The notes: a model not told the origin generated them from the sequence alone. Shown: positions 24,807-38,387, numbered from the stretch's first letter. The stretch is DNA of 64,000 bases from Sphaerodactylus townsendi (GCF_021028975.2 NC_059426.1:143530001-143594000), one strand, 5' to 3'. Numbers and translations are program-made.

Positions 24807-25053
24807 CAGGGATGTATCGCCCAGGGGGACATATGGGGTCAATTGTCCCTAGGCTGTGACCATTTAGTCACGTGGGGGGTGGAACACACCTCCTCCTTCC
24901 CCACGAGTCCATACACTGACTTCATGACCTGGTACTAAAAAAGCTGTTTGGTCATGGTGGGGGAGGGCGGCCGCCAATACCTGGGGGGGGGCAGGGGGGA
25001 GGTGGAAAACTCAGATTTTACACAGGGCTACATTTTCCCTAGATACACTTCTG
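24807..25053. mobile_element. hAT (Tip100-like) MITE
   Basis: CAGGGATGTATC...GATACACTTCTG. TSD GGCCTCAG/GGCCTCCG. Confidence 0.8.
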
Positions 25054-25099
25054 GGCCTCCGACAGAAAAGGTTCCAAAAGAAAGTCCCAGTACTGTGAC

Positions 25100-25430
25100 C
25101 TAGGTTTGGTCAAGTGGGCAGCCAAAGTAGCAGTTTTAGCACAATATGAACAAGGTGGCTAATCCCAGTTAACAAATGGGCCGCTATATTCTGTACTAAC
25201 TGATGCATCTGAGTCATCAACCAGGGCAGCCCCATTTACAGTGAGTTGTAGTCATCTAGCTGAGAACTTAGAGGAGAATTGAACACCGTGACCACGTGAG
25301 CTGAATCAAGAAAAGAGCTTCCAAATAACATGAAGATGAAAGAAGATTAGCAACAGCTCCAACCTGTTCAGCAAGGATGAATTCCCCTTTAATTGAGCTG
25401 TTTGACCTGGGAACTTTAGACCCAAGTTTT
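25100..25430 (-). mobile_element. Old L2 ORF2 fragment
   Basis: Minus strand reads SQLDDYNSL*MGLP, a decayed SRLDYCNSLY.GLP motif. Confidence 0.55.
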
Positions 25431-27100
25431 CCATTAATCTAATAACTCATTGAATGGCTTTGGACAGATCACTATTTGAAAAAGTGGAAACTGCAATTTT
25501 CCTGTCTTATTGGTTTCTTGAGGCAAGAATGAAGAAATGGACAGGCTACGAAATGCTACATTGGTTATACTGCGATACATAAGCCCCAACACAAACTTTG
25601 TCAAAGTTCTATTTTGCTGATTTTTTTGAGTGCCGAGCTTCCTTAAGCTGGAATAAGATAATTCATCCACCACATTTTTGTTTCAAAGAAACAAGATTTT
25701 CCCTTCTTCTATATTTACATTAACAACAACCTTTTGAGGTAGGTGAGGCTGAGAAAGAATGACTGGCCCAAGGTTATTAAGCAAACTTCATGACTGAGTA
25801 GGTCTGCTCAGGTCTGCTCAGCTCTAGTACAATCACTACACAATGCTGGGGCAAGACATGGTACATTTGCTATACTTAATTTCCTCCTGTACATTTCCAG
25901 CCTGTTCTTCACCTTCTGTATCTCTACAGTGAAAAGTTTGTTTCTTATCTGAGAGTATATAGAAGGCAACACACTGATGCATTCACTACAATTAATGTGG
26001 CTGCCTTAGGAAGAATTGAAGTCTACATTGGCTTTCACTAGTGTAAATTAATCCAAATTCACCTCATTTGGACTATAGAATTGTATGGCACAAATCTAGA
26101 GTTGTCAACCCGCAGAGGACAGCCTTCAAGAGACTAGTGGGTAGAGACTTACCCAAATGGTAGTCTGTGGTGCTGCAACATCAGTTTCAACTATGTGACA
26201 TCAACATGTCCCCAATGCACTCTAGGATTTCCCTAAAGTGCTATAGTGAAACCATTGAGTTTTGGGGGGATCCTAGAAAATCCTATAATACAGTGATGTC
26301 ACTATCGGTTATACAGCCAGAAGTGATGTTGCAGCATTGCAGAGCGCCATTTTGATAACCTCCATCCCTGTCCCCATGAAGTTCCTGGAGTATCTTCATG
26401 ACATCACAGGTTGCCTTTTCAGTCTCTCATTTTTCTTTCACCATCCTATCAAGCAGCTGTGAGAGATTAAGGTTAAGAGTGGGATGCTGCCCACCAAAGT
26501 GGGAACCCAGCTGCCCTATACAAATCCCAGCCCAGTGAGGTCAATCCTAAACAAAGTTGTACCCTTCTAAGCCTATAAACTTCAGTGGACCTTGAAGAAG
26601 TGACTCTGCGTAGGGCTGCACTGTAAGAATGCTTCCAATGCCTCTTCCCTACTTCCATTTCCTCTTTCTTTTATTTGGAAATGTTCTGAAAATTCCATCC
26701 TTCCTGCCATTGGTCCATTAGGAAGCAACCCTGAATCCCCCTCTTATTTCTCCAAGGCTGCTTGTGGGGGGAACTCTTTTTCCCCTATTCAAGCTACTGG
26801 TTCAAAACTGAGGAAATAATTGGGTTATAAATAGACCTTCTGCCTGCCCGAGACTACCACTACCTTATGAGAGGGGAAATCCTGTTCCTGGTGCTTTTTA
26901 CACACTTCCTTGCTTCTCTTCCCCATTTGGGGGGCGGGGGTAGTGGTGGTGGCTTGGTCTACTACTCATGTTGCTTGGACTGTGACAGCATGTGCCTGGT
27001 TGCCCAAATGCTTGAGACCCCTGCCCTGACTTAGAGCAGTGCTTGCAATGTGCTTGGACAGGAACCAACAAACCACTTGCTCTTTGCCCTCTGGCCTCCC

Positions 27101-27287
27101 CAGGGGCGGAGCAAGGGGGAGCTGCACCCAGGGCACACACACGCCCTGCACCCCTGCCACGGCACCTCCCGCCCTGCCCAGAATGCCCCTCAACTCCCCT
27201 GCAACACCCCCTCTGTGACCCAGCCACACCCCTGCTGCCACGGCGCCTGGGGCGTCCCCCCCCCATCCCATTGACACTATGCCACTG
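27101..27287. mobile_element. GC-rich hAT (Tip100-like) MITE
   Basis: CAGGGGCGGAGC...CTATGCCACTG. Perfect TSD GGCCTCCC at 27093-27100 and 27288-27295. Confidence 0.88.
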
Positions 27288-27493
27288 GGCCTCCCCTTTT
27301 TGTGCCTATGTGAGCTCTTGGAATAGTTGTATATTAATGTGGGCATTGTAATGTTGAGTATTATCACTGTATTGTACTTTTTCTCCAAGGAACTCTGGCA
27401 GTCCATCGCAGGACAATCCTGTGAGACAGATGAGGCTGAGAGTGAGTGAGTGGCCCAAGGTCACATTGTGCATTTCATGGTGAGTGGGGACTT

Positions 27494-27627
27494 GAACCTG
27501 GGTCTTTTAGATCCTAGTTCAGTATTCTAGTCTAGTATTCTAGAACCTGGGTCTTTTAGATCCTAGTCCAGTATTCTAGACTAGTATTCTAGAACCTGGG
27601 TCTTTTAGATCCTAGTCCTGTATTCTA
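27494..27627. repeat. 49-bp tandem repeat (~2.7 copies) within a SINE head
   Basis: gaacctgggtcttttagatcctagt(t/c)c(a/t)gtattcta starts at 27494, 27543 and 27592. Confidence 0.95.
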
Positions 27628-30600
27628 ACCTGACTTGGCCTTATATTTTTGGCTTGATATTTTTGGGACAGTTTGAGTGCACTAATAAAGCAATTTCAGT
27701 TCTCACTCTATTCAAGGTCTTGGTTCTACTTCTAATACAGCATTGGAGGTCTCACCTTTTTATGTCAAATATCTTAGGATGGATGCTTCTGTGGGACTTT
27801 GCCTCTGCTGGGCACACAGACAAGTGAAAAACCTAAACAAGCTCCTAGGAGTGAAGAGCTGCCGAAGGCATCAAATTAAGGTTTCCTTCCTCATGCTAAT
27901 TTAGTGTGATTTAGGCCAGATTGGCAAGTGGGCCCTCATTCACATGGACATGTGTCTGGGACACACATGTCTTCCCAACAGCACGTGCTAACAAGAGATC
28001 AGAAGAAAGAAGCATCAAGGAGAGCAGTTTCTTAACGTGACTCTTGTGCCACTGCTGTGACCCTTCTCAACTCATTCCTGAAAAGTCTGGGCTCTCCATT
28101 GTGCTGTTCCTTCCAAAGAGTGCACTTTCAACATCCATCTTTTAGCTTCAGAAACGTTCTTTTTTGGCTTGAAAAGTCAGGTGGAAAAACAGGGAGACAT
28201 CTTCTCTGCAGGGTGAAATTGGTAGCTAGTGACAGCGCGCTTGCTCGATAAGGGAGGTCAGAAGCTTAAAAGCTTGTTGCCTAGTGCCTGAAATCACACA
28301 GTAGGAAGCTGGAGGTGGTCTGTGGAATCTGTCCACCCTCTTAAATCCAGCACTTTACTACAACCACCACCCGTTCCCAAGATTTCTTTTTTTCTAAGTG
28401 GCTGCCCTGCGCCAGGTTTGTAACACTGACTTTAATTGTACAGGTCAGAGATAGCTGCATCCCCACCTAATTTCAGGCACTATAGCCACATTCAATCACC
28501 ATGATTAGCCACAGTTAACCTCCAAGTTGCCTCCCTTCTCTCTAAGAAGAACACGAGGAGCCAGAGAAAGGGGTAAGTGGCCCCTCTCCATGGCCATCCA
28601 CTAGGGACAACAGCACAGTGGGGAAACTGAAAGCTTCTCTTTCCCCTCACAGTGCTCTGGAACTGAAGCAATGGAGGACTCTTTAGGTAAGTAAACCCAC
28701 TCTCTATACAAGTTGATAATTGTGTCTGTGAAGTGGACTGGGCACCACTGTCCCATCTTGTGTCAACTGTAACATCTAGTTTGGTTCAAACACTGCAGTA
28801 CCCACTTGTGCTAAGTCAAATGTATTTTGTTTCTCCTTGCACAATATCTTATTTGTTTGTTTGTTTGTTCAACTTGATAGACCACCCACCCCCAAAGGGC
28901 TCTTGTGTAACTAGTTTTTGTGTGCTACAACATATAGGGAAGAAAGTGCTAGACGTTGCGCCAGACCTTGCAGAAGCAGAACTGTACCAGGTCTATTTAG
29001 GTTTCCGCATCAAGGGATCTAAGCCTGCAGATTCAAGAAAATTCTCAGTACAGTGGCTGGAAGAAAGCACAAATGCTATGCATAGAAATACTGAATGAGG
29101 ATGATCCTCTTGAGCAGCAACATTTGGTACATCTTTTGGCTGGAAAATGCCCCTATCAGTTAGATTATCTACTGACTCCTTTTCTAAATGGCTGTCCTTA
29201 GCTCACACGTATCTGAAAAACATAATGAATAGTACCAGAATAATAGCCATTTTCAAATGATTCCACAAATTCCTGTTATTTTTAGCCACTGGATTTTTAA
29301 TTATACTAAGGGACAAATGTGATTTGATCTGGATTCTGATTAATGAGTGTCTGAAGGTATACCCCTAAAATGTGGCACTGGCACTATTAGGTCTTATTGC
29401 TGCCATGCTTCAACTGCAAGTAGGGATGCTGAAAATTTTCCAGTGAACATGTTTGGCAGGCAGGCATGCTTTTTTCATCAGCCACAATCACTTGTAAACC
29501 AGGCCTCTGGTTGGGTTGGCTCAGCGCTCAACTCATGCAGATCAGTCTGACGGCCAGTTTTGCAGGTGCAGTGAATGAAATTGATTTCACCCCATGGCAA
29601 CAGATCATTAGGTCAAGTAATTAAATGGCACTGGGGTGGTGGAGGAAAACTATAACTTCCATTGGCCTGTGCAAAAACACGCATGTGCGAACTGATCCGG
29701 ACAGCAGGAGTCAGCAGGAGTCATTGTTGATCAGGCAGGCAAATGCCTTGTGGTAAGACTTTTAAACAATTACATACTGTTTATATCTATCCAGCTGATT
29801 TTTTTTGTTCATTCTTCATTTAAGCAACCGTTTTGATCTATACTGTGTGTATTATTTATTTATTAAATGTAAAAACTGTCCTGCCAAGATGAGCTCAGAG
29901 CAGTTTACATGGTCCATTTCCAAAGTAAAATCATATTACGTACAACACAGTCCTGGTTTTATGGCCCCTACACTATGTAATACACCCTAGTGAGGAGGGG
30001 ACATCAGAAGAAAAAAACATAAACAATAAAGGGAAGAAAAGGTAATGAAGGAAAAAGAAAGGGGAAGGGAGGCCAGCTAAGATGGAAACCATCACTGCCC
30101 TCAGCCATAGGCCTGGCAGAACAGCTCCGTCTTACAGGCTTTGTGGAACTGTGATAAATTCAGCAGGGCCCAGGTCTCATTGCATGGAAAGCAACCTGGT
30201 TAGCAGGCTCGTGATATTTATACGCCACCTGAACTGTCCACCAAGCAGTTGGCTCCCTGCTCACCATGGTACAATGGGTTATAACTAGTGAATACAGCAT
30301 CCCTAACCACAGGTGTAACCTAGGACTGTCCAGCACTGCTGGGATTCTCTATACTGTCTTTCTCTCAGAGGTATCTCTGGACTCCCTGAAACCCAGTTTG
30401 AAAATAGAGCTTTGAGGAAGCAAAGGCCCGTGCCAGATGGCAGCAGAATTGGATTAGGCTAGTCCTTAGAAGGAAAGCTACAGCATTTTACTTGTTAAAT
30501 GCTCTCTTGTCTGTGCAGAGGGTCTGGAGAGGAGGAATCAGGCCAGTCGATGGGGCCTCATTCCGCTCTTAATGGCAGGCACGGGGCCAGAAAGAAAACA

Positions 30601-31725
30601 AGTCAAGTCCATAGTTCAGTTTGTTCTGGTGGGTCTGTGCCTTGCATGAAATACCAAAGAACTTCCTGAGTCAGCAGCTCACTCACTCCTACTCTTGGAA
30701 TAGTCAAGATTCCCGGACGGACACCACCGTAATTTGACTCCATGCCTGGCTCAGAGCAGCTGCCAGCTGAAAAGCAAAACAAAATCCCCGCCTGGCCTGT
30801 TAACAAGGCCTATTCTGGGTTCAGAAGAAACCAGCCCGACTGATGAAGTCCCTTGGCTCAGGGGCTCTGCAAGAGGGCTGCTGAGTTATTCTTTCTTTAT
30901 TAGTGGGAGTGGGAATGACGTTAATGGAGTGCATATGGGCGGGGAGGGGCCAGCACAGAAGCTCCCTGTCCACCCTGACAGTCGAGGCTGCCTGCTAGTC
31001 CAGCCTGTCTGGTTGCCCAAAGAGCTGCACTGGGCGATTCAAGAATGGTTGCCTAGCAGTTTTGGAGGCCTTGCAAAGAATCTTCGGAGAGTCCTCTCAG
31101 ATAACTTTGTCAGTGCTTGATCATTTTCCAGTGAAAAGCCGATTATCTTCTCCAAACCTCTCCGGACTTCCCACCCCCCACCTCATCTCACCTACCATGG
31201 AAATGCAGAAATCCATTTATGTAAATTAGACAATCCAACTAGAGGTTAGCCCTTGACAGCCCTATAAACCCTATAAGTCAGCATGGGCCAAAATATCCCA
31301 GAGAGGTTTTGGCAGCAACAAGTGGAAGAACTTAGAAGTGCTTCCAGCTCAAGCCACTGGAAAAATGCTATGAGGAAGTCCTTTCCAAAGAAATGTGTCT
31401 TGCTGACTTATTTTTCCTCTTGCCTCCTTCCCATCCTGTTCAAGTGCAACTCCAAGATTCAGGTTAAGATGGGGAAAGTAATTTTCTGCTACAGACAGTG
31501 TGGCCTCTAATATCTTTTATTCATAGACCTCATACAGAATAGTTTTTTCCCCTATACAATATTCACCTTCTGGACAGGACTCAGAACTCCCATTAGGTTT
31601 TTCTGCTTTTCAACAGGCATTTTGCCTAGGGCCTATTGGTCCTGGATCTCTGCTTCTTATTCTACTTTTTTTTTCTTTTGCAAAAGACTGTTGTGACTGA
31701 GATGCTGCTTGCTACACAAATGCTA

Positions 31726-31868
31726 GGCCCCTTCTGCGCAGGCAAAATAATGCGTTTTCAAACCACTTTCACAACTGTTTGCAAGTGGATTTTGCTATTC
31801 CGCACAGCTTCAAAGAGCACTGAAAACAGTTTGAAAGTGCATTTATTCTGCATGTGCAGAATGAGCCC
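31726..31868. mobile_element. Short PIF/Harbinger MITE
   Basis: GGCCCCTTCTGCGCA...TGTGCAGAATGAGCCC. A close inverted copy lies at 61053-61194. Confidence 0.88.
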
Positions 31869-32115
31869 TGGTCTGCTAAGGGGTTTCCGCAGCAGGTGAG
31901 TCAGACTCATTTCAAACATTCCAAGACTAAAGTAATAAATGGACATATTTGGGAGTAAGGTATGTGCTCAATGTGCTCTCCTCACTAGGCATGTTTGTTA
32001 TTTTCTCCATGTGATTTAGAGTCCCGGATAAAGCATGATTCTACATGGGGAGAGCCATATTCATGTTCACTTGTATATATGTTGACTGCTTACTTACATT
32101 GCATTGTAACCTGCA

Positions 32116-32341
32116 TGGCGTAGTGGTTAAGAGCAATGGATTCTAATTTGGAGAAAGAAATTTGATTCCTCTCTCCTACACATGAAGCCATCTGGGTGAT
32201 CTTGGTCTAGTCACAGTCCTCTCAGAACTGTCTCAACTTTACCTACCTCACAAGTTACCTATTGTGGGAAGTGGGGAGGTGATTGTAAGCTGCTTTGAGA
32301 CTCCTTATGGTTGTGAAAAATGGGATATAAACTCTTCTTCT
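32116..32341 (+). mobile_element. Squam3-like SINE
   Basis: tggcgtagtggttaagagc head and gggatataaa 3' end. Confidence 0.85.
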
Positions 32342-33586
32342 AGGTTAGGTGTGGGGTTTGCTGCCATGGGGTCAGTACCCTCCCTATTAAGTACATTTAT
32401 AGCCACGCATGCCTCAGAATGTCTGAAAAGACTTTCAGTGTAAACGGTGTTCTTGAAAGACAGAACATTTGAAAGCTGCTGAACTATGGACTCACCTACC
32501 ATCAGGTAACAATAACTCGACTAAAACCGTGTTATTCCTAGATATTTTTGAACTATCTTAATATTTATACATATGTGCACCATTCATAGGACACTATACA
32601 TAGGAGTTAATCTCAAAAATCAAAAGTAATACCTAAGGGGTAAACCATAGTTGCTAGCTATGGGGGATTGTAAGATTTTTAAGGAATGTTTTTAAGAAAT
32701 GCTGAAGGAAACATTCATGAAATAGAGTTAATGAAAAGGCAGTCAGTACATCTCATAATACAGATGACTATTTTAACCTGTCCGTGGTGTTTTTGGATTG
32801 GTCTTAACAGTTTGAGCAGGCCCATTTTTCTGTGCGCCTTCTTTGAGAGTAGGTTGTTTCTCTGGGCTAGATATACCTTTCATGTTTACCAAGGACAGAC
32901 TGACAAAGACACAGTGAACTGCCGAAAGTATTATTCTGTAAATGATCCAGAACATGTTCCTTTATTTAAAGAAAGGAAAGATATAATCAGGTGTACACCA
33001 TGATCCTATTGCCCATTTCTGCCCTCAGGGAAGGACAGGGTTGCTGCTAAACCTTCATGCAAGGTAGAGCACTGTGTTATGCTAGTGGGGAGAAAATATG
33101 CCATAATAGTAACGAATGCCCATGTGTCAGTGGGAAGCTACCCACACACAAAACTTATGCCAGCTGGCAAAATTCCACCAGTACCAAGGGGAAATCTAGG
33201 CAAAGTTGGAGACTTGGTGAAGAAGAATTCTATTCTTTCCAAGGCCACAGAAGAGGTGCTCAGAATCCTGGGATGTAACACAACTATGAAGTCCTGTGCC
33301 TGCACTCCCCCAACACAGCATATTTCATGCACTGAATATCAGCATAAATATATTTATATAGTTTAGTATGTAATATTAAATGATGACATCTAGTAGTAAC
33401 TGAGAATGTAGATTCAGTAGACAGGCAAATAAGCTTATTTTATTTATTCATTTAAATATTTATCCCTCATTTTTTTCCTTTGTGGCTCTAGGCAACTTAT
33501 AAATCCAAATTTAAAAATACATAACATTAATAAAATCCCAAGTAATCCCCCCCTCCACCCCGACCCCCAAAAATGGTCTGGACTCA

Positions 33587-33694
33587 CAGGGGTCTGCAAC
33601 CTGCGGCTCTCCAGATGTTCATGGACCTGCCAGCATGGCCAATTGCGATTTGTAGTCTATGAACATCTGGAGAGCCGCAAGTTGCAGACCCCTG
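33587..33694. mobile_element. Palindromic hAT MITE, internally deleted
   Basis: CAGGGGTCTGCAACC...GTTGCAGACCCCTG. Family of 16796/18055. TSD unclear. Confidence 0.88.
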
Positions 33695-33954
33695 GCTGGA
33701 GCTTCCACAGGATTGTCAAGTCTCCCCTGGCCATTGATGAAGGATGGAAGGGTAGGTTGCCAGATCTAGGTTGGAAAACTCCAGAGATTTGGGGATGGAG
33801 CCTGAGGAGGACAGAGACCTCAGTGGAGTACAAGGGTGTAGAATCCACCCTCCAAAGCATCCATTTTCTCCAGAGGAAATGATCTCTGTAGTCTGCAGAT
33901 GAGCTGTAATACCAGGGGATGCCCAGGTCCTACCTGAAAGATGGTATCGCTATT

Positions 33955-34870
33955 CCATTCTAATGAAAGCTCCAAAACATAAAATGGCCCAGCAGCATCT
34001 TTCAGAAGCTGCTAAAGAGGTGGCCCCTCCAACCATCTCCGAGAACCCATTCTATAGAGTGGGAGCTGCCATAGGAAAAGGGCAACCTTTGGTTGATTCC
34101 AGGCAGGCTACCTTAACCTGGTGGGCAGCCAACAAGTTGGTGGAAACCTGAGGACCACACATAGTGCCCAGGGACATATGGGAGAAGATGATCCTTTAAA
34201 TATGCAGTTCCTAGGCCATGAAGGACTTGAACGCTTTTACAAGCCCAACTTTTGCTGGGGAAGGGTGGGATATAAATAAAATAAAATAAAGGTCATCACC
34301 AATACCTCATCTTGAACTCAGGAATAAATGGCAGCCAATTCCTTTTTTGCTGACAAGTCACATATGACTTATGGAAGCCCTTATTGGCATTTCCAAGGAA
34401 AGAGAACTTCAGAAGTGGTTTGCATCAGAGCCCTGGCATTCCTTAGAAGTCTCCCATTCACAGACTTGCCAAAGTCAACCCTACTTAGCTTCGGAGATCT
34501 GATAAGATCAGAATTGCCTGGGCTATCCAGATCAAGGGGCAGCCAATGTGGCTGTTTTAAAATAGACCAGATGTGTTCTCATTGGCTATGCCCTGACAAT
34601 AATTTGGCTGCCATTTTCTGAACCAGCTGCTGCTTCTGTTTGTCTTCAAGGACAGCCCAAAGAAAAACACATTACAGTAATACAACCATGAGGTTACAAA
34701 AGAATGAATGATCATGGCCAGGTTGGCTGAGTTTAATGAAAGAAGGAAAGAGCTGGCAAAACAAATGCAGGGACTCTTGGCCACCACACTAACCTACTTC
34801 TCAGACATCAAGGCTTGGTCCAAGATGCTTAACCTGCTCCATCTACCACAAGTGAATACAGTCTCTGCAA
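33955..34870 (-). mobile_element. Fragmented L2 ORF2 3' part, interrupted by SINE remnants
   Basis: Minus frame ANLAMIIHSFVTSWLYYCNVFFFGLSLK, a decayed TSRLDYCN motif. Confidence 0.7.
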
Positions 34871-37840
34871 AGCATCAGCCTTCTTCACTAGGACTACTTC
34901 TGTGCAGTGTAAGTGTGAAGTCCAGACTGGGAATGCTGGTGAATGCTGGTATATAAATTGAAAAAATAAATAAAATAAATAAAAATAAATAAATATTGGT
35001 TCCACCCCTGGGAATACCCTGGCCCTTCACCCGCACCCCCCACCCCCCATGCACCAGCATCCGAGTGGTCCCGACTTCTGGGTTTCACCACCATGGAAAT
35101 GAGATGCAGCCAGCCAACGGGACCTCTGCCCCTCTACCAGTGGGGTGCCCCTTGTGCTGGCTGAGGGGGCAAATGCATCAGTGTGGCCCGATATAATCCT
35201 AACTCAAGTACTCACCACCAATCCCCAGGGAGCAGCAATATATGCCAAACAGCAACTCATTATTCATTTCTAGAGGCATGCCTGCACACTCCTCTTGCCA
35301 GCCATGAAGCTCACTGTAACCACAATATTTAATGGTAGTTGGAATTCTGAATGAACAGTTCTGTCACTTGTCAGAAGAGCTCCAGCAATACCTGAGGAAG
35401 CAACAGCAAAAACTTTGTTGTAAACTGAAGCCAAAATTAGATTGATAAAAAAATGTCATTCCCTGCCTTTCTTCCCCACGGGAACCTTAAATTGCTGGCA
35501 TTGTCTTCCTCTCTTTTATTTTACCCTCACAACAACTCTGAGAGTGAGTGACTGGTCCATGTCAGCCAGTAGCAGAGTGGGATTTCAAAGTTGGGTCTCT
35601 CTGATCCTGGTCAGATACTTTAGCCACCACACCTGGCCAAACTAGCTCTAATAGTTCAGAGAAGTTGTTAAACTGCCTTGTACTGTAAAATAGGACATGT
35701 TTTCCACTCTTCCTGCCTGCTACTTATCCTCCCTGGTTTCTCTTGACCAAACCTTTGCTTGCATTGCAAATATCAAAGGGATGTTCAGGAGCTAATCCAT
35801 ACCAGGATGTTCCAGTTCCCTCCATTTTTGATACTTTGATGAAATGGAGGCAAAGGAGATGAGGACGAGGGATAGGGTGTCTAAGGAATAAAGGAGTGGA
35901 CGGCACTGTTTCATTCAGTGCTATTTCCACTCATTTGCATTGTCCAAGAAAATGGAACTAAAATCCCTTTCTAAGCTTATTGTTCCATTCTTTTGGAAAC
36001 AAGTTCACGTTCCTAATCCAAGGTCTGGAGGTGACTTGCTTTTCCTGTCTGTTCCGTGTTCTCTGGTCCTAAATGGGCATTGACTGGCCACTCAAATGTG
36101 GAGAATTCATTGTGTTGCAAACCTGCTGCCTGTCTGTAATGAAAATTTTCGCTCATTCTGTGATGTCAGCTTTTTTAAAATTCTAAAATATTATTATTCC
36201 CATAACAGCCAAATAGCAAATGTGCAGTAATTCTCAGCTAACATATGAAAGAAATACAAACCATTAAAATAAGAACTCACTCAACTCCCTGATAAATTGG
36301 AACAGCTAATCCCCTATTCACATGGTAAAAAATCATATAGGGAATAGAAAGGTTGTCTATTGCTCAGGGGTTTTAATCTGCAGGTTTTGGACCACAGTGA
36401 AATTTATAGAAACTTCAGAACTGAATTAAAGATTGAAAGTAGCCTAAAATAGTAGCGAATGTTTATGAGGATATTTAAAAATCTTACTGCAACCTTGTAC
36501 ACTTGGCATATGGATGTCATGGTGCTGACCCTGCCAACCTCCCAGTCCTACATGCTTTGGTTTCATATGGGCACGGGCACAGTGGTCTCATACAGGCACC
36601 TTCACATATGTGAACTGTAAGGGCACAGTCTCCATTAAGAATGTTCAGAAAGTATCTAGCGCAGTACTTTGACTGCAAAGATAGGTCTTTCCCAGCCTTG
36701 AGAATGCTTTACTAGAAATGCCAGAAACTGAACACAGAATCTTCCACACGCAAAGCAAGGTCTCTGTCTCTAATCTACATCTCCTCCCCTGGACTGAGGG
36801 AAGTGTGAGAAACAATCTAGAGGATCTTTTGCAATTTTTTAAAAGCAAAGGAGCCATTTCAGCCAGCTTCTCTGAAAGGTTCACTGGGAAAAGAACATGT
36901 CTAACCTTCGGCTTCCTTACTTTCCCCACAATTTCGATGGTCCCTAGAAAGCAGCAGTGAGCTTTTCATGGAGGAAAAAACAGAGATAACCTATTCAACC
37001 TGTCTTTTCTCACCTGTGGAATTAATTGAAGTTTCATAGGGACTGTTCAAATGGGAAGAAAGGGTTAAAGGCCTTCTGTATTCACGAATCCTTTCCTGAT
37101 CTTTAAAACAACTTCCTTGGGCTGCTAATTAGCTTTCTAAAGATAATAATAATCTTTTTGCATATTGTCTAGTATGATCTCAAAATAGAGCATGTACAAA
37201 CCTGGCAGCCACGTTACCTTCAGGATAACTGAATCAGGACAGAGAAAGAGCTGAGCTGATCCAGAATCGATTTTCAATTGACTTCCCTGTGACTTAAGAA
37301 AATATGGTACTATGCAAAGAACAGTGGTTCACTGTAAGCAAAAGTTTAAGGAAGGCTGGCTGCCAGTATTTTAGCAATCTAGCATTCCTTGGAAGCCATG
37401 TGGTGTAAGATACTTCTACAGGGTGTTTCAAAACCATACTTCCTAAATGCAGTATCATATTGTGAAACTATGGACGCTGAGCCAGAGATAACTCTGCCAT
37501 GATGAGTAGATTTTCCCTCCGCCAAATACAGTATTGACAGAACAATCATCATGCTGGAACAGATAGCTTTGCAGCTCCAATTACATGAAGAGGAAACCTT
37601 TGTTTTGATGGCATTTTAACACACGGTCTTGACATCAACTGGCTCTTTTTTTTCTTTCTGGGTCTAATCAACATGCTGGAGGCCAAAGGTGGTTCCCTTT
37701 TCACATGTTGTGGTGCTGGATATCAAACAGGCTCCCAGTTCTCAAGGCTCTGTGCTTCCAAGAAAACATGAAAGCCGGAAACTACATTCTTCGTTAGCAG
37801 AGAACTTCATTTCCACAGTGAGGTGGCTCAAAATCTCAAG

Positions 37841-38355
37841 GGCCGTTTCCGCACGGCGGCGGAAACGGCTGGGTTGGCGCATTTCGCGCCGACCAGAAGA
37901 CGCTGGGACCGTCCGCACGGACGGTCCCGGGAAGAGGCGGGACGCCGGCGCCGCGGAGCGCCAGTGCCCAGCCGACCTGGCGTGTCCCTGGGCCTCTGGC
38001 GCATCGCCGAGGCCTGGGGACACGCCTCTGGTCTCATGCGTGCCTGCTCCAGCCGGGCGCAGGCTAGAAGGGCGTGTCCCTGGCCTTCGGGCGCATACGC
38101 CCGGAAGAGCCCAGGGACAGGGTAAGTGCCGGGGTGGCGTGAAGCCGCTGCCGTTTGCTCGGCAGCGGCTTCACGGTGGCGTATTCCCTAAAAGAGCGCT
38201 TCCCAGCGCTCTGGGAATACGCCGGCTTCGGGCTGGCCGGCTGGCGCGAGGGCAGGGCGGCTGCGCTGCAGCTGCACCCCCTGTGCGAATGGCGGCCCGG
38301 AGACGGCGTTTTTACCGTCTCCAGGCCGTCATTTTCTGCCCGTGTGGAAAAGGCC
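37841..38355. mobile_element. CpG-rich PIF/Harbinger-type MITE composed of serial hairpins
   Basis: TIRs GGCCGTTTCCGCACGG / CCGTGTGGAAAAGGCC. Subterminal similarity to 9513-9961. GC-rich, with dense CpG sharply confined to the element. Confidence 0.85.
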
Positions 38356-38387
38356 AAAGCTTTGCCTAACCTTGGAACTATGTAGGA

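Noticed and set aside
26898-27406. Several 100-146-aa ORFs on both strands
   Set aside because: Explained by the GC-rich MITE at 27101-27287; the same applies to 59715-60206 and 9443-10055.
27494-27627. CRISPR-like repeat array
   Set aside because: The intervening sequences are near-identical, so it is a pure tandem repeat. Eukaryotic context and no cas genes.
37689-38369. 226-aa ORF over a CpG-island-like region
   Set aside because: It coincides with a GC-rich MITE that is open in most frames. The Arg/Ala/Gly/Pro-rich product has no recognisable domain.
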